Counted from the first letter of the stretch, positions 1 to 13,411 are shown. The stretch: 64,000 nucleotides of DNA from Spirochaetota bacterium (GCA_963664815.2 CAXXHB010000003.1:160001-224000); one strand, 5' to 3'. The notes: a model not told the origin generated them from the sequence alone. Made by a program: numbers and translations.

Positions 1-2945
1 TTCATCCGCTTGTTTGTCACGCATATAATGCAGATTTTGATGGTGACCAGATGGCTGTTCACGTTCCTCTTTCACCGAAGGCGCAGCTTGAGTGCTGGAC
101 GTTGATGCTTTCTACAAACAACCTTTTATCGCCGGCGAATGGTCACCCGGTTGTAACACCATCACAGGATATTGTTCTTGGAATCTATTATCTCACAGAT
201 ATGATAGAAGGTAATATTGGTGAAGACAAGTATTTTGATGATATGATCGATGTTATGAGAGCTGTCGATCATAAGCAGATAAGATACAGATCGAGAATTA
301 ATTATCTGGTCGGAGATGACTTTATTCAGACTACAGCTGGAAGACTGATCTTTAACGGGATTCTTCCAAAAGGTTATCCATTCGTTAATAATGTAATAAC
401 TGACAAAGGACTCTCCGCTATTATTGCGAAGACATTCAGGGAATATGGACCGAATGAAACAGTAAGAATGCTTGATGATGTTAAAGAGACAGGGTACAGG
501 TTTGCAACATTTTTTGCCCCTACAATTTCCGTGTCTGATATTATAATACCGTCAGTAAAAAAGAAAATTATAGAAGAGGAAGATAAGAAAGTAGAAGTAA
601 TAGAAAACGAATATAGAAATGGTTTCATTACTGATGAAGAGCGTTATAACAGGGTTATTAATCTCTGGACTGAAGCCAATGAAAAAATTGCTAATGTAAT
701 GTTTGATGAACTTGAGACAGATATGAACGGCCACAATCCCATATTCATCATGGCAAAATCAGGCGCAAGGGGAAGTAAACAGCAGATAAGGCAGCTCGCC
801 GGGATGAGAGGTCTAATGGCGAAGCCTAGCGGCGAAATTATTGAAGTTCCAATCCGTGCGAATTTTAAAGAAGGGCTAACAGTTCTGGAATACTTTATCT
901 CTACTAATGGTGCGAGAAAAGGTCTTGCTGATACTGCCCTTAAAACTGCTGATGCAGGGTATCTTACAAGAAGGCTTGTTGATATTGCACAGGATGTTGT
1001 AATTAACCATGATGATTGCGGTACCACAGTAGGTATAGATATATATCCTATTAAAGAGGGCGACATGGTTATTGAATCTCTCGGGGCAAGAGTACTTGGA
1101 AGAACACTTCTGTATGATTTGATAAATCCTGTAACTGGCGAAATACTTGCAAAATCAGATGAAGTAATAAATGAAGAAATAGCAGACATAATAGATGAAA
1201 TTGAAATTGATTCAATAGAAATAAGATCAGTGCTTACCTGTGAATCAAAACATGGAGTATGTGCAAAATGTTATGGAAGGAATCTCGCGACGTCAAGGCC
1301 AGTTGAAATAGGAGAAGCTGTTGGTATTATTGCTGCTCAGTCAATCGGTCAGCCTGGAACTCAGTTGACAATGAGAACTTTTCATATTGGTGGAATCGCT
1401 TCAAGATCTGTTGAAGAGAGTGAAATTAAATTTAACTATCCTATTTTTATCAATACCATAACTTCGAAAATGATAAAAACAGAAGATGAAAAAATAATCA
1501 CTGTTAGAAGAGGATATGTAGTTGTACAGAGGATTATATCTGATGTTGAATTTAAACCTAAATCGGAGTTTCTCCTTGAAGATGGGGATAAAGTTTACGC
1601 AGGTAAAGTGTTTGCAAAATCTCCTGTAGGTGATGAATATAAGGCCACTAATACCGGCATGCTTAAAATTGATAAAAAGAAAGCTTACATCCTTGGAGAA
1701 CCATATTCAGTTCCAATTAATGTTGGTACAGAAATTGTTGCAGAACTCGAATATGATAAAAAAAGCGGAACTTTTGAACCTATTCAGAAACCATATCAAT
1801 CAAATGAAATTATTGCCGCTTTTGACCCTTGGTTTGAACCGATTCTTACAGAAATTACCGGTAGGGTTGAATTTATAGATGTTGAGCTTAACAAGAGTTT
1901 GATCGAAGAAATCGATCCTGTATCTAATGTAAAAAAACGTGTAATAGTTGAGTATAAAACAGAGAAACTTCAGCCTCGTGTAAATATTTATGGAAGCGGT
2001 GCTGAACCGACTACGTATTTATTGCCTAAAGGTGCAAATCTGATGGTTGAAACAGGTGATACTGTAAACGCTGGAATTGTACTTGCCAAGATACCGAGGG
2101 GCGCTGAGAAAACCAAGGATATTACAGGTGGTCTTCCCAGAGTTGCTGAATTATTTGAAGCAAGAACTCCAAGAGATGCTGCAACATTAACAGCAATTGA
2201 TGGAACAGTAACAATAGGTGATACGGCAAAAAATAAAAGAAAGATTATTATTACAGCTGAGGATGGATCACAAAAGGAATATTCAATTCCTGTTTCAAAA
2301 TTTCTTCGCGTTCAGGATAAAGACTGGATAGCAAAAGGTGAAAAAATTGATGATGGTCCTGTTGATCCTCATGAGATTTTAAAAATAAAAGGACCGAGAG
2401 AATTGCAGAAGTTTCTTGTAAATGAAATTCTGGAAGTTTATCGTCTTCAGGGCGTTGCTATCAATGATAAGCATATTGAGGTTATCGTGAGACAAATGCT
2501 CAGAAAAGTACGGGTAACTGACCAGGGAGACTCAAATTTTGTAATAGAACAGGTTGTTGATAAGTTTGACTTTATTGAAGAGAATGACAGAGTTCTTCGG
2601 GAAGGTGGAAAAGCGGCAACAGCAATACCGGTTCTTATGGGAATAACTAAAGCGGCTCTTAACACTGAATCTTTTATATCTGCTGCTTCTTTCCAGGAGA
2701 CTACACGTGTTCTCACCGATGCGGCAATTAAAGGAAAGATAGATTATCTCAGAGGTTTGAAAGAAAATGTTATTATAGGGCATCTGATACCGGCTGGGAC
2801 TGGGGTCAGAATTTATGACAACATGGATGTGTATCAGGAAATTCCTGGAGATTTAGATGGTACTCCACATGAGACTGTGGAATATGAAGATGTAGCGCCG
2901 GTTGCTTTGCCGGATAACTCAGACTTTGAAAATATTGAAAAATAG
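1..2945 (+). CDS. rpoC: RNA polymerase beta' subunit, 5'-truncated by window edge
   Basis: Frame is open from base 3 ([20 protein letters not shown], catalytic motif); also [25 protein letters not shown]. Confidence 0.99.
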   Translation, partial: HPLVCHAYNADFDGDQMAVHVPLSPKAQLECWTLMLSTNNLLSPANGHPVVTPSQDIVLGIYYLTDMIEGNIGEDKYFDDMIDVMRAVDHKQIRYRSRINYLVGDDFIQTTAGRLIFNGILPKGYPFVNNVITDKGLSAIIAKTFREYGPNETVRMLDDVKETGYRFATFFAPTISVSDIIIPSVKKKIIEEEDKKVEVIENEYRNGFITDEERYNRVINLWTEANEKIANVMFDELETDMNGHNPIFIMAKSGARGSKQQIRQLAGMRGLMAKPSGEIIEVPIRANFKEGLTVLEYFISTNGARKGLADTALKTADAGYLTRRLVDIAQDVVINHDDCGTTVGIDIYPIKEGDMVIESLGARVLGRTLLYDLINPVTGEILAKSDEVINEEIADIIDEIEIDSIEIRSVLTCESKHGVCAKCYGRNLATSRPVEIGEAVGIIAAQSIGQPGTQLTMRTFHIGGIASRSVEESEIKFNYPIFINTITSKMIKTEDEKIITVRRGYVVVQRIISDVEFKPKSEFLLEDGDKVYAGKVFAKSPVGDEYKATNTGMLKIDKKKAYILGEPYSVPINVGTEIVAELEYDKKSGTFEPIQKPYQSNEIIAAFDPWFEPILTEITGRVEFIDVELNKSLIEEIDPVSNVKKRVIVEYKTEKLQPRVNIYGSGAEPTTYLLPKGANLMVETGDTVNAGIVLAKIPRGAEKTKDITGGLPRVAELFEARTPRDAATLTAIDGTVTIGDTAKNKRKIIITAEDGSQKEYSIPVSKFLRVQDKDWIAKGEKIDDGPVDPHEILKIKGPRELQKFLVNEILEVYRLQGVAINDKHIEVIVRQMLRKVRVTDQGDSNFVIEQVVDKFDFIEENDRVLREGGKAATAIPVLMGITKAALNTESFISAASFQETTRVLTDAAIKGKIDYLRGLKENVIIGHLIPAGTGVRIYDNMDVYQEIPGDLDGTPHETVEYEDVAPVALPDNSDFENIEK

Positions 2946-3129
2946 GGTAAAAAAGCAGTCCTCTCCGGTTGTGTGGGGGTTGACACGGTGAAGTTATAAA
3001 AATAACTAAGTATTTAAAAAGTCTTGACAAAAGAAGGGTGAAAATAAGGATTACTTGAAATATTTAAACATGAAAAAATTCTAAAAAAAATAATATTTAA
3101 ATTTGCAGAAAGGATTTATAGGAGTTGAA

Positions 3130-3504
3130 ATGCCAACAATTAATCAGTTAATCAAGAATGGAAGAGAGCAGAAGAATAAAAAATCAAAATCTCCTGCATT
3201 GAAACAATGCCCTCAGAAAAGAGGTGTTTGTACAAGGGTAATGACTTTTACTCCGAAAAAACCGAATTCAGCTTTAAGAAAAGTTGCAAGGGTAAGGCTT
3301 ACCAATGGTATAGAAGTAACGGCTTATATTCCAGGAATAGGTCATAATCTTCAGGAACACTCTGCAGTATTGATAAGAGGTGGCAGGGTAAAAGATCTTC
3401 CGGGTGTGAGATATCATATTATTAGAGGAACACTTGACTCACTTGGCGTGAATGACAGAAAAAAAGCACGTTCAAAATATGGTACAAAGAGACCTAAGGC
3501 TTAA
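3130..3504 (+). CDS. rpsL: 30S ribosomal protein S12
   Basis: MPTINQL...[10 protein letters not shown]...[10 protein letters not shown]; GGAG SD before ATG 3130. Confidence 0.99.
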   Translation: MPTINQLIKNGREQKNKKSKSPALKQCPQKRGVCTRVMTFTPKKPNSALRKVARVRLTNGIEVTAYIPGIGHNLQEHSAVLIRGGRVKDLPGVRYHIIRGTLDSLGVNDRKKARSKYGTKRPKA

Positions 3505-3530
3505 TGAAAAGAATCAGATTGAATTATTAA

Positions 3531-4010
<480 letters not shown>

Positions 4011-4102
4011 ATAAACAGTATTTTTATTTACTTAACAAATACCAGGTTATTACCTGGTATTTGGTGTTTTAGGGTATGATAGATATTTAATGCAGGTATA
4101 TT

Positions 4103-6187
4103 ATGGCTAGAAAGCTGCCAATCAACAGAACAAGAAATATAGGAATAATGGCTCATATTGATGCGGGAAAAACCACTCTGACCGAAAGGATCCTTTTTTA
4201 TACAGGAAAAACTCATAAAATGGGGGAGGTTCACGACGGCACTGCCGAGATGGACTGGATGGTGCAGGAAAAGGAACGTGGTATTACAATAACCGCTGCT
4301 GCTACAACCTGTACATGGAAAAACATGGTAATCAACATAATTGACACACCCGGGCATGTGGATTTTACTATGGAAGTTGAAAGAAGCCTTAGGGTACTTG
4401 ATTCAGCCATTGCTGTTTTTGATGGTGTAGCTGGAGTTGAGCCTCAATCTGAAACAGTATGGCGACAGGCGGACAGGTATAATGTTCCAAGAATCTGTTT
4501 TGTAAACAAACTCGATCGTATCGGTGCAGATTACGATATGTGCATACGAATGATAAAAGAAAAGCTTTATGCCGAACCACTTCCTCTTCAGATCCCTGTC
4601 GGATCGGAGAGTTCATTCATCGGAGTGATTGATCTTGTGACAATGAAAATGCTTATCTGGGATGATCCCACCGGTAAAGATTACAGCGTGAACGAAATCA
4701 GCAATGATTATAAAGAAATAGCGGAAATCGGACGCGAACATATGATGGAAAAGCTGTCGGATTGTGATGAAGTTATAATGGAAAAGTTTCTTGATGGGAT
4801 ATCTCCGGATGAGAATGAGTTAAAAAAAGCTATCAGGAATGCGACAGTCAACGCTAAGTTATACCCGGTTTTCTGTGGAGCGGCACTGAGGAACAAGGGA
4901 GTGCAACCATTACTTGATGCAGTTGTTGACTATCTGCCATCTCCGAAAGACAAGCCGGCAGTACAGGGGCATGATATTAATGACAATGAAAAGACAATAG
5001 TGCGGGAAGTTGATGATAAAGAACCATTTTGTGCGCTGGTATTTAAAATTATGACGGATCCACATGTTGGTAAACTTTCTTATATGAGAGTTTATTCGGG
5101 AGTTTTTAAATCCGGAGATCAGTTACTTAATGTATTTGTCGGTAAAAAGGAAAGGGTTGGTAAATTTTTAAGAATGCATGCAAATCACAGGGAAGAGATA
5201 GATGATGTTTGTACGGGAGATATAGTTGCTGCTGTGGGCTTGAAAAGCGTACGTACTGGTGATACTGTAACTGCGATTGATTTTCCGGTGCTTCTGGAAA
5301 AAATGGTATTCCCCGAACCTGTTATTTCAATTGCCATAGAATTGAAGTCCAAAGCCGATCAGGATAAACTTAATATTGCTCTTTCAAGACTTGTTGAAGA
5401 AGATCCGACATTCAGATCCAGTATTAATGAGGATACAGGTCAATTGATTATTTCCGGGATGGGGGAGCTTCATCTGGATATAATAGTAGACAGACTTTTA
5501 CGTGAATTCAATATTCCTGCAAATATTGGTAAACCTCAGGTTACATATAAAGAGACAATAACGATTTCTGCTACGTCAGAACATATTTATGATAAGCAGA
5601 TTGGCGGAAAAGATAATTTTGGTCATGTTAAAATTATACTTGATCCCTCAGAGCCCGGGAAAGGGTTTATTTTTAAAAACACTGTTACGAAAGAATCAAT
5701 ACCTGATTCTTTTATTAAAAGCATTGAAGCAGGATTTAACGATTCAATGATGGGGGGAGTTATAGCCGGTTATAAAATGGAGGATATTACTGTAACTCTT
5801 ATAAAGGCAGATTACAATGAGCTTAAATCCACCGAGCTGGCATATAGAATAGCGGCAAATATGGCATTAAAAGATGGTGTAAGAGCAGCAAGGCCATTTC
5901 TTATGGAGCCGGTTATGAAGCTTGAAATTGTATCGCCCGATGAATATACCGGAGAAATTATTAATGATCTTAATTCAAGAAGAGGAAAAATAGAAAATAT
6001 AGATTATAGAGGAGAGCTTAAGATTATTGATGCATTAATTCCTCTTTCTGAAGCTTTCGGATATGCAACTGCAGTAAGATCTATGAGCCAGGGGAGAGCA
6101 ACTCATACTCTTCAGTATTCTCATTATGATCTTGTACCAGAAACAGTAATGAACAGAATACTTGGCAGAATAAGCGGAATAATATGA
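4103..6187 (+). CDS. fusA: Elongation factor G with divergent domain IV (EF-G2-like)
   Basis: [31 protein letters not shown]; str operon. Confidence 0.95.
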   Translation: MARKLPINRTRNIGIMAHIDAGKTTLTERILFYTGKTHKMGEVHDGTAEMDWMVQEKERGITITAAATTCTWKNMVINIIDTPGHVDFTMEVERSLRVLDSAIAVFDGVAGVEPQSETVWRQADRYNVPRICFVNKLDRIGADYDMCIRMIKEKLYAEPLPLQIPVGSESSFIGVIDLVTMKMLIWDDPTGKDYSVNEISNDYKEIAEIGREHMMEKLSDCDEVIMEKFLDGISPDENELKKAIRNATVNAKLYPVFCGAALRNKGVQPLLDAVVDYLPSPKDKPAVQGHDINDNEKTIVREVDDKEPFCALVFKIMTDPHVGKLSYMRVYSGVFKSGDQLLNVFVGKKERVGKFLRMHANHREEIDDVCTGDIVAAVGLKSVRTGDTVTAIDFPVLLEKMVFPEPVISIAIELKSKADQDKLNIALSRLVEEDPTFRSSINEDTGQLIISGMGELHLDIIVDRLLREFNIPANIGKPQVTYKETITISATSEHIYDKQIGGKDNFGHVKIILDPSEPGKGFIFKNTVTKESIPDSFIKSIEAGFNDSMMGGVIAGYKMEDITVTLIKADYNELKSTELAYRIAANMALKDGVRAARPFLMEPVMKLEIVSPDEYTGEIINDLNSRRGKIENIDYRGELKIIDALIPLSEAFGYATAVRSMSQGRATHTLQYSHYDLVPETVMNRILGRISGII

Positions 6188-6579
6188 TCTTGTTTTTCCG
6201 TGGAACATTGCTGTTATGGAAAGAATTTTTTTGATTTTATAAGTAATTAGGTATTAATTTAATTTAAAACAGATTTTTTGTTTTACAAAATTTCTTTTGT
6301 TTTAGACAGTGACATTCGTGTAAATTTTCTGTTATGAAAGCGGAAAATTACAGTTTTTTCTGGAAAATGCCGGTTGAGCTGTTATTTTTTAAAATATAGC
6401 TTAAAATTGGTAATTATACTTGACAGAATAATGAGTTTTTTTTTTATTTCATAAGCTCGCTTCTGAAATCGTTAGCGGATTTACTATGTATGTGCAATGC
6501 AATTCCACAAATTGCGAGAATTATAATATAATCAAAAGTAATTATGAGTTAAAATTTAAAATTAGTAAGGAGAAATCTA

Positions 6580-7794
6580 ATGGCAAAACAGAAATTTGAA
6601 AGGAACAAAACGCATGTTAATGTTGGGACTATTGGTCATATTGACCATGGCAAAACCACTTTAACTGCTGCTATAACAAAAGTTTTTCATTGCGCGTATG
6701 GAACTGGTAAACCGGTAAATTTTGATCAGATAGATAATGCACCCGAGGAAAGACAAAGGGGTATAACAATTGCAACTTCTCATCAGGAATATGAAACACC
6801 TGCAAGACATTATGCTCACGTTGATTGTCCGGGACACGCAGATTATATAAAGAATATGATTACAGGTGCTGCTCAGATGGATGCGGCGATTCTTGTTGTC
6901 GCTGCAACTGATGGTGCAATGCCTCAGACAAGAGAGCACGTTCTTCTTGCTCACCAGGTTAATGTACCTCAAATGATAGTTTTTTTAAACAAGGTTGATA
7001 TGCTTGATCCTTCTGACAGAGGAGAGATGGTAGAACTTGTTGAAATGGAGATCAGAGAACTTCTTTCAAAAAATGACTTCCCGGGAGATGATGTACCTGT
7101 GATCCCAGGTTCTGCTCTTAAGGCTCTTGAGGCAGCTGAAGCTGGAAAGAAAGATGATGAGTGGTTTCAGTCAGTTATAAAGCTTGGTGAAGCACTTGAT
7201 TCATATATACCAGATCCTATAAGAGCTAAAGATAAACCTTTTCTAATGCCTATAGAAGATGTCTTTTCAATTACCGGTCGTGGAACTGTTGTTACCGGAA
7301 GGATTGAAAGAGGTGTTGTTCGTACTGGTGATGATGTAGAGATAATAGGTTTTACAGAAACTAAAAAATCTGTTTGTACCGGTGTTGAAATGTTCAGAAA
7401 AATTCTTGATGAAGGATTTGCCGGTGATAATGTTGGATGTCTGTTGAGAGGTGTTGCAAAAGAAGATGTAGAAAGGGGACAGGTTCTTGCTAAACCCGGT
7501 TCTATCACTCCTCATAAAAAGTTTACAGGTAGAGTATATGTATTGAAAAAAGAAGAGGGTGGAAGACATACTCCTTTTTTTGGTAATTATCGTCCACAGT
7601 TCTACTTCAGAACAACAGACGTTACAGGAACTATACAGCTTCCTCAGGGAGTTGAAATGGTTATGCCTGGTGATGATATTGATATTACTGTGGAACTTAT
7701 TACTCCAATTGCAATGGAAGAAGAGCTTAGATTTGCAATTCGTGAAGGTGGAAGAACAGTTGGAGCAGGCGTTGTTGTTAAGGTAATTGAATAA
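6580..7794 (+). CDS. tuf: Elongation factor Tu
   Basis: [31 protein letters not shown]. Confidence 0.99.
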   Translation: MAKQKFERNKTHVNVGTIGHIDHGKTTLTAAITKVFHCAYGTGKPVNFDQIDNAPEERQRGITIATSHQEYETPARHYAHVDCPGHADYIKNMITGAAQMDAAILVVAATDGAMPQTREHVLLAHQVNVPQMIVFLNKVDMLDPSDRGEMVELVEMEIRELLSKNDFPGDDVPVIPGSALKALEAAEAGKKDDEWFQSVIKLGEALDSYIPDPIRAKDKPFLMPIEDVFSITGRGTVVTGRIERGVVRTGDDVEIIGFTETKKSVCTGVEMFRKILDEGFAGDNVGCLLRGVAKEDVERGQVLAKPGSITPHKKFTGRVYVLKKEEGGRHTPFFGNYRPQFYFRTTDVTGTIQLPQGVEMVMPGDDIDITVELITPIAMEEELRFAIREGGRTVGAGVVVKVIE

Positions 7795-7813
7795 GAAAAA
7801 AGTTTAATAAAAT

Positions 7814-7845
7814 ATGATCGTCAGGCAAATATGTCTGACGATCAT
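7814..7845 (+). other. Strong hairpin between tuf and rpsJ (no U-tail; terminator, processing or stability element)
   Basis: atgatcgtcaggca-aata-tgtctgacgatcat. Confidence 0.55.
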
Positions 7846-7872
7846 TATCTATAAATGTACAGGGTGAAAAAA

Positions 7873-8190
7873 GTGGGAAAGTTAGCAGGGCAGCGTATAA
7901 GAGTTAAGCTGAGATCGTATGATGCAAAACTCCTTGATCAGTCAGCGGAGAAAATTGTTACAACTACAAATAGAAGTGGGGCAAAAATATCAGGACCTAT
8001 TCCGCTTCCGACAAAAATTGAAAAGTTTTGTGTGTTAAGATCTCCCCACGTAAACAAGAAAGCAAGGGAGCAGTTTGAAATCAGAACTCATAAAAGATTA
8101 ATTGATATTATTGATCCAAACTCAGATACAGTTGAAGCATTAATGAAGCTTGAACTTCCCGCGGGTGTATCCGTAGATATTAAATCATAA
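7873..8190 (+). CDS. rpsJ: 30S ribosomal protein S10 (start uncertain; GTG 7873 favoured)
   Basis: [31 protein letters not shown]. Confidence 0.97.
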   Translation: MGKLAGQRIRVKLRSYDAKLLDQSAEKIVTTTNRSGAKISGPIPLPTKIEKFCVLRSPHVNKKAREQFEIRTHKRLIDIIDPNSDTVEALMKLELPAGVSVDIKS

Positions 8191-8298
8191 TCGGATTAAA
8201 CTAAAATTTAACAAGAAGTACATTTCTGCTTCGGGAATAATTGTAAAACTTTCCGTTACAGTAATTTAAGAATTTATTTAGATAGACAGGTTAAGGTG

Positions 8299-8919
8299 AT
8301 GAAAAAGGCACTATTCGGTAAAAAAATAGGCATGACTCAGTTTATAAAAGAAGATGGAACAGTTATTCCTGTTACTGCGTGTGAAATAACTCCATGCATT
8401 GTTGTTCAGAAGAAAACTGTTGAAAATGACGGTTATTCAGCATTAAAGCTGGGGTTTGTTGATCAAAAAGAGAGTAGGCTTACAAAACCTATTGTTGACG
8501 ATCTCAAGAAAAAGAATATTCCCCCCAAAAGACATTTTGCGGAAGTTGAAAACTTTGATGATACTCTTGAAGTCGGAAGCGAGATTAAATGTACTATCTT
8601 TCAGGAAAATGATACAGTTGAAGTTACCGGAGTTTCGAAAGGACATGGATTTGCAGGTGTTATTAAAAGACACGGTTTTGGTGGAGGTAGAATAACTCAC
8701 GGTTCTCACTTTCACAGAGCTCCAGGTTCAATAGGGGCACATACATATCCTGCTGAAGTATGGAAAGGGAAAAAAATGCCTGGCCGCTTTGGTAATAAAA
8801 CAGTAACAGTTAAGAATCTTAAAGTGGTTAAGGTTCTGGAAGATAAAAATGTTGTTCTTATTTCAGGGGCAATTCCGGGAAGGAAAGATACGATTATAAA
8901 AGTAACAGTTGCGAATTAG
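8299..8919 (+). CDS. rplC: 50S ribosomal protein L3
   Basis: GKKIGMTQ, SKGHGFAGVIKR, HRAPGSIG. Confidence 0.98.
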   Translation: MKKALFGKKIGMTQFIKEDGTVIPVTACEITPCIVVQKKTVENDGYSALKLGFVDQKESRLTKPIVDDLKKKNIPPKRHFAEVENFDDTLEVGSEIKCTIFQENDTVEVTGVSKGHGFAGVIKRHGFGGGRITHGSHFHRAPGSIGAHTYPAEVWKGKKMPGRFGNKTVTVKNLKVVKVLEDKNVVLISGAIPGRKDTIIKVTVAN

Positions 8920-8930
8920 GTGAAATTATT

Positions 8931-9563
8931 ATGAAAGTTGATAAATATTCAATTGACGGGAAAGTAGTAGGACAGGTTGATCTCTCTGATGCAATATTCT
9001 CGGCAGAAGTTAATGATGTTTTAATATATGAATACATTAAAGCAGCGAATGCCAATTTAAGACAGGGTACTCATTCAGCAAAGGGAAGAGCTGAAGTAAG
9101 TGGTGGCGGTGCTAAACCATGGCGGCAGAAAGGAACAGGACGTGCCAGGGCTGGTACATCCAGATCTCCAATATGGCGTGGTGGTGGAATGATTTTCCCC
9201 CGGAAGCCCAGGGATTATTCAATCCAGCTTCCCAAGAAAATAAAAAAGGCTGCGTTTATATCCATTTTTTCACAAAAAGCAAAAGAAGGCGCAGTGAGAG
9301 TGGTGGAGAATTTTAATGTTGATGGTAAGACAAAAAATATAGCCAAGATAGGTAATGCATTATCGATTACAAAGGGGATTCTGGTTTCCGGAAATCCTGA
9401 TGCGGATGATTTTTTACTTAAAAGAGCTATTAGAAATATACCATGGTTTAGATACAATCATGTAAGTAGAATGTCTGGTAGAGATATTTTTTATTCAAAG
9501 GAAATTATTTTTACCGAAAATGCTCTCAGTCAAATAAATGAAAAATATGCCAAGGTGAAGTAA
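8931..9563 (+). CDS. rplD: 50S ribosomal protein L4
   Basis: KPWRQKGTGRARAG. Confidence 0.98.
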   Translation: MKVDKYSIDGKVVGQVDLSDAIFSAEVNDVLIYEYIKAANANLRQGTHSAKGRAEVSGGGAKPWRQKGTGRARAGTSRSPIWRGGGMIFPRKPRDYSIQLPKKIKKAAFISIFSQKAKEGAVRVVENFNVDGKTKNIAKIGNALSITKGILVSGNPDADDFLLKRAIRNIPWFRYNHVSRMSGRDIFYSKEIIFTENALSQINEKYAKVK

Positions 9564-9564
9564 A

Positions 9565-9849
9565 ATGAATTCCAATGATGTAATAATAAGGCCTATTATT
9601 TCTGAGAAAACAACTGTATTAATGGAGCAGCAAAAATATGTGTTCCAGGTTGCCAGAGATGCGAATAAGCTGACAGTAAAACAGGCATTAAAAGAGTTGT
9701 TTAATGTTACTCCTGAAAAGGTGAACATTTTAAATGTCAGAGGAAAAAATAGAAGACTCAGATTCAGAATCGGTAAACGTTCAGCTTGGAAAAAAGCGAT
9801 AGTTACGCTGAAAGCTGGTGACAAAATAGAGATATTTGAAGGTCAATAA
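9565..9849 (+). CDS. rplW: 50S ribosomal protein L23
   Basis: RPIISEK, WKKAIVTL; gene order. Confidence 0.98.
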   Translation: MNSNDVIIRPIISEKTTVLMEQQKYVFQVARDANKLTVKQALKELFNVTPEKVNILNVRGKNRRLRFRIGKRSAWKKAIVTLKAGDKIEIFEGQ

Positions 9850-9878
9850 TTAAGGACTGTTAGATAAAGGATAAAAAA

Positions 9879-10706
9879 ATGGGAATTAAAAAATTTAGAC
9901 CAATTACGCCGAGTTTAAGGTATAAAACAGTACTTGATAAAAGTGAACTGACTGAAGAAAAGCCATTTAAACCCTTAACTAAGGGTAAAACCGGTGATTC
10001 TGGCAGAGGATTTAAAGGTCAGATTACAATGAGAAGGAGAGGCGGAGGTCATAAACGTAAACTTCGGGTAATTGATTTTAAAAGAAATAAATTTGGTATA
10101 CCTGGGAAAGTTGCAACAATAGAATATGATCCAAATAGATCAGCAAATATTGCATTAATATTTTATGTTGATGGTGAAAAGAGGTATATTATTGCACCTG
10201 AATCCTTAAAGGTTGGTGATAAAATTGAGTCCGGGGAATCAGTTGAAATCAAAGCAGGGAATTCGCTTCCTTTGAAAAATATACCACTTGGTGCTAATAT
10301 TTATAACATTGAATTACATAAAGGTAAAGGTGGTCAGCTTGTAAGATCTGCTGGAACTACTGCAATTCTTGCTGCAAAAGAAGGAGAGTATTGCCTTGTT
10401 AAACTTCCATCAGGTGAGATAAGAAAAATACACAAAGAGTGCTATTCCACAATAGGATCTGTAGGGAACAAGGATTATATCAACCAGACAATTGGTAAAG
10501 CGGGAAGATCTAGATGGTTGAATAAAAGACCAAAGGTCAGAGGAGTTGCGATGAATCCTGTTGATCACCCCCTCGGTGGAGGAGAAGGAAAGTCTTCGGG
10601 TGGACGTCATCCGGTTTCACCTACGGGCCAGCCTTCAAAAGGTTATAAAACCAGGAAAAGACATAAATATAGTGATAATTATATAATTAAGAGAAGGAAG
10701 GGTTGA
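9879..10706 (+). CDS. rplB: 50S ribosomal protein L2
   Basis: [25 protein letters not shown]. Confidence 0.99.
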   Translation: MGIKKFRPITPSLRYKTVLDKSELTEEKPFKPLTKGKTGDSGRGFKGQITMRRRGGGHKRKLRVIDFKRNKFGIPGKVATIEYDPNRSANIALIFYVDGEKRYIIAPESLKVGDKIESGESVEIKAGNSLPLKNIPLGANIYNIELHKGKGGQLVRSAGTTAILAAKEGEYCLVKLPSGEIRKIHKECYSTIGSVGNKDYINQTIGKAGRSRWLNKRPKVRGVAMNPVDHPLGGGEGKSSGGRHPVSPTGQPSKGYKTRKRHKYSDNYIIKRRKG

Positions 10707-10707
10707 T

Positions 10708-10995
10708 ATGGGAAGGTCAATAAAAAAAGGACCATATGTGGACTCTAAATTATTTAAGAAGATTGAAGAGATGAATTCCACTAATTTAAAAAAAGCTATA
10801 AAGACATGGTCAAGGCGATCTACTATATTTCCTGATATGATAGGACATACCTTAATGGTTCATAACGGAAAGATTTTTATTCCTGTATATATTTCAGAAA
10901 ATATGATTGGGCATAAACTTGGCGAATTTTCTCCAACAAGGACATATAGGGGCCATACAAGTAAAGATGATAAATTGGCCAAGAAGAAAAGGTAA
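10708..10995 (+). CDS. rpsS: 30S ribosomal protein S19
   Basis: [18 protein letters not shown]. Confidence 0.99.
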   Translation: MGRSIKKGPYVDSKLFKKIEEMNSTNLKKAIKTWSRRSTIFPDMIGHTLMVHNGKIFIPVYISENMIGHKLGEFSPTRTYRGHTSKDDKLAKKKR

Positions 10996-11007
10996 AGAGG
11001 ATTAAAA

Positions 11008-11346
11008 ATGGAATCATCCGCTAAATCAATTAACAATAGAATATCTGCTTCAAAAGTACGTCTTGTAACAAATGAAATAAAAGGTTTTTCATTACCTGAA
11101 GCTATTGATGTGTTAAAACATCTGCCAAATAAAGGTGCAAAAATTGTTTTAAAAACATTAAGCTCTGCGGGCGCTAATGCTAAATTTCTTAATCCTGATA
11201 TAATTGATGAAGCTTTATTTATTAAGAAAATTGCAGTAGATGAAGGTCCTACAATGAAAAGATTTGCGGCAAGAGCACGGGGAAGAGCAGGCAGAATCAG
11301 AAAAAGAACCAGCAGTGTAACAATTATATTATCTGATGAAAATTAA
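11008..11346 (+). CDS. rplV: 50S ribosomal protein L22
   Basis: VDEGPTMKR...RARGRA..IRKRTS. Confidence 0.98.
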   Translation: MESSAKSINNRISASKVRLVTNEIKGFSLPEAIDVLKHLPNKGAKIVLKTLSSAGANAKFLNPDIIDEALFIKKIAVDEGPTMKRFAARARGRAGRIRKRTSSVTIILSDEN

Positions 11347-11368
11347 AAGATAGGTAAAGGGAAAAATA

Positions 11369-12046
11369 ATGGGTCAGAAGGTAAATCCAATAGGTATCAG
11401 GTTAGGAATAAACCGAACATGGGATTCTGTATGGTATGATGAAAAAAAGGAATATGCTACTAATCTTCACGAAGATATTAGAATTAAGAAGTTTGTAGCT
11501 AAAGAAAAGAAAAATGCAGGAATAGCCAAAGTTACTATTGAAAGATTTCCTGACAGAGTCAATGTGAATATAAATGCTGCACGTCCAGGAGTTTTGATAG
11601 GAAAAAAAGGAGCTGATATTGAAGATTTAAAAAATCAACTACAGAAATTGGCTTCTAAAACGGTATATATAAATATAGTTGAAGTAAAAAAACCTGAGAA
11701 AAATTCAAAGCTTATAGCTGAGCAGATTGCATCACAGATTGAAGCAAGGTTCCCATATAGAAGAGCTGTTAAACAGGCTATCACTAATGCAATGAGAAGT
11801 GGTGCTCTGGGAATTAAAATAATGGTTTCAGGAAGATTAAATAATGCAGAAATGGCCAGAACTGAATCTTTTAAAGAAGGAAGAATTCCTCTTCATACTT
11901 TAAGAGCTGACATAGACTATGGAGTTGCTGAAGCACTTACTTCTTTCGGTTTGATTGGTGTTAAAGTCTGGCTTTATAATGGTGATGTTTTGACGAAAGA
12001 TCAGGAAGAAGAAGATAAATATTCTGTAAAAAGAAAAACCCGATAA
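11369..12046 (+). CDS. rpsC: 30S ribosomal protein S3
   Basis: MGQKVNPIGIRLG, GRIPLHTLRADIDY. Confidence 0.99.
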   Translation: MGQKVNPIGIRLGINRTWDSVWYDEKKEYATNLHEDIRIKKFVAKEKKNAGIAKVTIERFPDRVNVNINAARPGVLIGKKGADIEDLKNQLQKLASKTVYINIVEVKKPEKNSKLIAEQIASQIEARFPYRRAVKQAITNAMRSGALGIKIMVSGRLNNAEMARTESFKEGRIPLHTLRADIDYGVAEALTSFGLIGVKVWLYNGDVLTKDQEEEDKYSVKRKTR

Positions 12047-12071
12047 TGTTCAACGGATAAGGTGAATTGCT

Positions 12072-12488
12072 ATGTTGATGCCAAAAAGAGTAAAATACAG
12101 AAAAGTTATGCGGGGCAGAATGGGAGGGTCCGCTCAGAAAGGGGCTACTGTTGCATTCGGAGAATATGGTTTGAAAGCTCTTGAATCCGCAAAAATAACA
12201 AGTAGACAGATTGAAGCAGCAAGGATTGCTATAAATAGAAAAGTGAAGAGGGGCGGAAAGCTATGGATAAGAATTTTTCCTGATTTTCCCTTTACAAAAA
12301 AAGCAGCTGAAACGAGGATGGGAAAAGGAAAAGGTAATCCGGAAGGATTTGTTGCTAGAATTAAACCGGGTAGAATTCTGTTTGAGATAGCTGGTGTTGA
12401 TGAAATTATGGCAAGAGAGGCTCTTGAAAGCGCTTCTCACAAGCTTCCTTTAAAAACAAAAATTGTACAAGTTGAGAAATTAGGTTAA
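12072..12488 (+). CDS. rplP: 50S ribosomal protein L16
   Basis: [16 protein letters not shown]. Confidence 0.99.
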   Translation: MLMPKRVKYRKVMRGRMGGSAQKGATVAFGEYGLKALESAKITSRQIEAARIAINRKVKRGGKLWIRIFPDFPFTKKAAETRMGKGKGNPEGFVARIKPGRILFEIAGVDEIMAREALESASHKLPLKTKIVQVEKLG

Positions 12489-12517
12489 AAGTATTAGTAA
12501 AAGCTAGAGGCAATGAT

Positions 12518-12724
12518 ATGAAAGGAAAAATAGAAGAATTGACAATGGTTGAGCTAAACAAAAGCCTTGTTGATTCAAAAATAGAGCTTCGTAAAGAAAG
12601 GTTTAAATCAGTAACAAGTAAAGTAGATAATCCAAAAAAGATTAAAGGTTTAAAACGTCATATAGCCAGAATTTTGACCCTTAAAAATGAATATGAGTTA
12701 GGAATCAGAAAATCACGAGGGTAA
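12518..12724 (+). CDS. rpmC: 50S ribosomal protein L29
   Basis: ELRKERF...KRHIARILT; gene order. Confidence 0.95.
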   Translation: MKGKIEELTMVELNKSLVDSKIELRKERFKSVTSKVDNPKKIKGLKRHIARILTLKNEYELGIRKSRG

Positions 12725-12746
12725 AAAAAAACCGGAGATTATGTAA

Positions 12747-12998
12747 ATGAAAGCGACACGAAAACAGTTAATTGGCAAAGTAATTAGTAATAAAATGGAT
12801 AAAACTATAGTGGTTGAGATTGAAGATCTGGTTATGCATCCACTTTATAAAAAATCAGTAAGAAGAACTAAAAAACTGAAAGGTCATGATGAGAAAAATG
12901 AGTGCTCAATTGGTGATTTAGTTAGGATTGAAGAATCAAGGCCATTATCAAAAGAAAAAAGATACAGATTGATTGAAATTATAGAGAAAGTAAAATAG
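12747..12998 (+). CDS. rpsQ: 30S ribosomal protein S17
   Basis: [23 protein letters not shown]. Confidence 0.98.
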   Translation: MKATRKQLIGKVISNKMDKTIVVEIEDLVMHPLYKKSVRRTKKLKGHDEKNECSIGDLVRIEESRPLSKEKRYRLIEIIEKVK

Positions 12999-13007
12999 GG
13001 GTTTGTC

Positions 13008-13400
13008 ATGATACAGGTGCAGACAATTCTTGAGGTAGCGGATAACAGCGGTGTAAAAAAAGTTATGTGTATCAAAGTTCTTGGTGGATCAAAAAGACGA
13101 TATGCTTCTGTTGGAGATATAATAGTTGTTGCAGTGCAGGATTCACAGCCATCATACGGATTGAAGGATTCTACCGGTAAAAAAGTACACAACAAGTCAG
13201 TATTAAAAGCTGTTGTTGTAAGAACCAAAAAACCGGTAAGAAGGAAAGATGGAACTTATATAAGGTTTGATGACAATGCTGTGGCTATAATTGATGCGAA
13301 AGGTGAGCCTAAAGGGTCAAGGATTTTTGGGCCGGTTGCAAGAGAGTTGCGTGATAAGAATTTTCTTAAAATTGTATCACTTGCTCCTGAAGTTCTATAA
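13008..13400 (+). CDS. rplN: 50S ribosomal protein L14
   Basis: [27 protein letters not shown]. Confidence 0.99.
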   Translation: MIQVQTILEVADNSGVKKVMCIKVLGGSKRRYASVGDIIVVAVQDSQPSYGLKDSTGKKVHNKSVLKAVVVRTKKPVRRKDGTYIRFDDNAVAIIDAKGEPKGSRIFGPVARELRDKNFLKIVSLAPEVL

Positions 13401-13411
13401 AGAGGTTTGAG

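Noticed and set aside
6192-6207. parS site after fusA
   Set aside because: Only one half (CGTGGAACA) matches; the other has about five mismatches.
6188-6579. tRNA or ncRNA in the long fusA-tuf gap
   Set aside because: No cloverleaf or T-loop motif; only a TTGACA and poly-T runs consistent with a promoter region.
7855-7884. Non-canonical TTA start for rpsJ
   Set aside because: An in-frame GTG at 7873 with an AGGGTG SD explains initiation.
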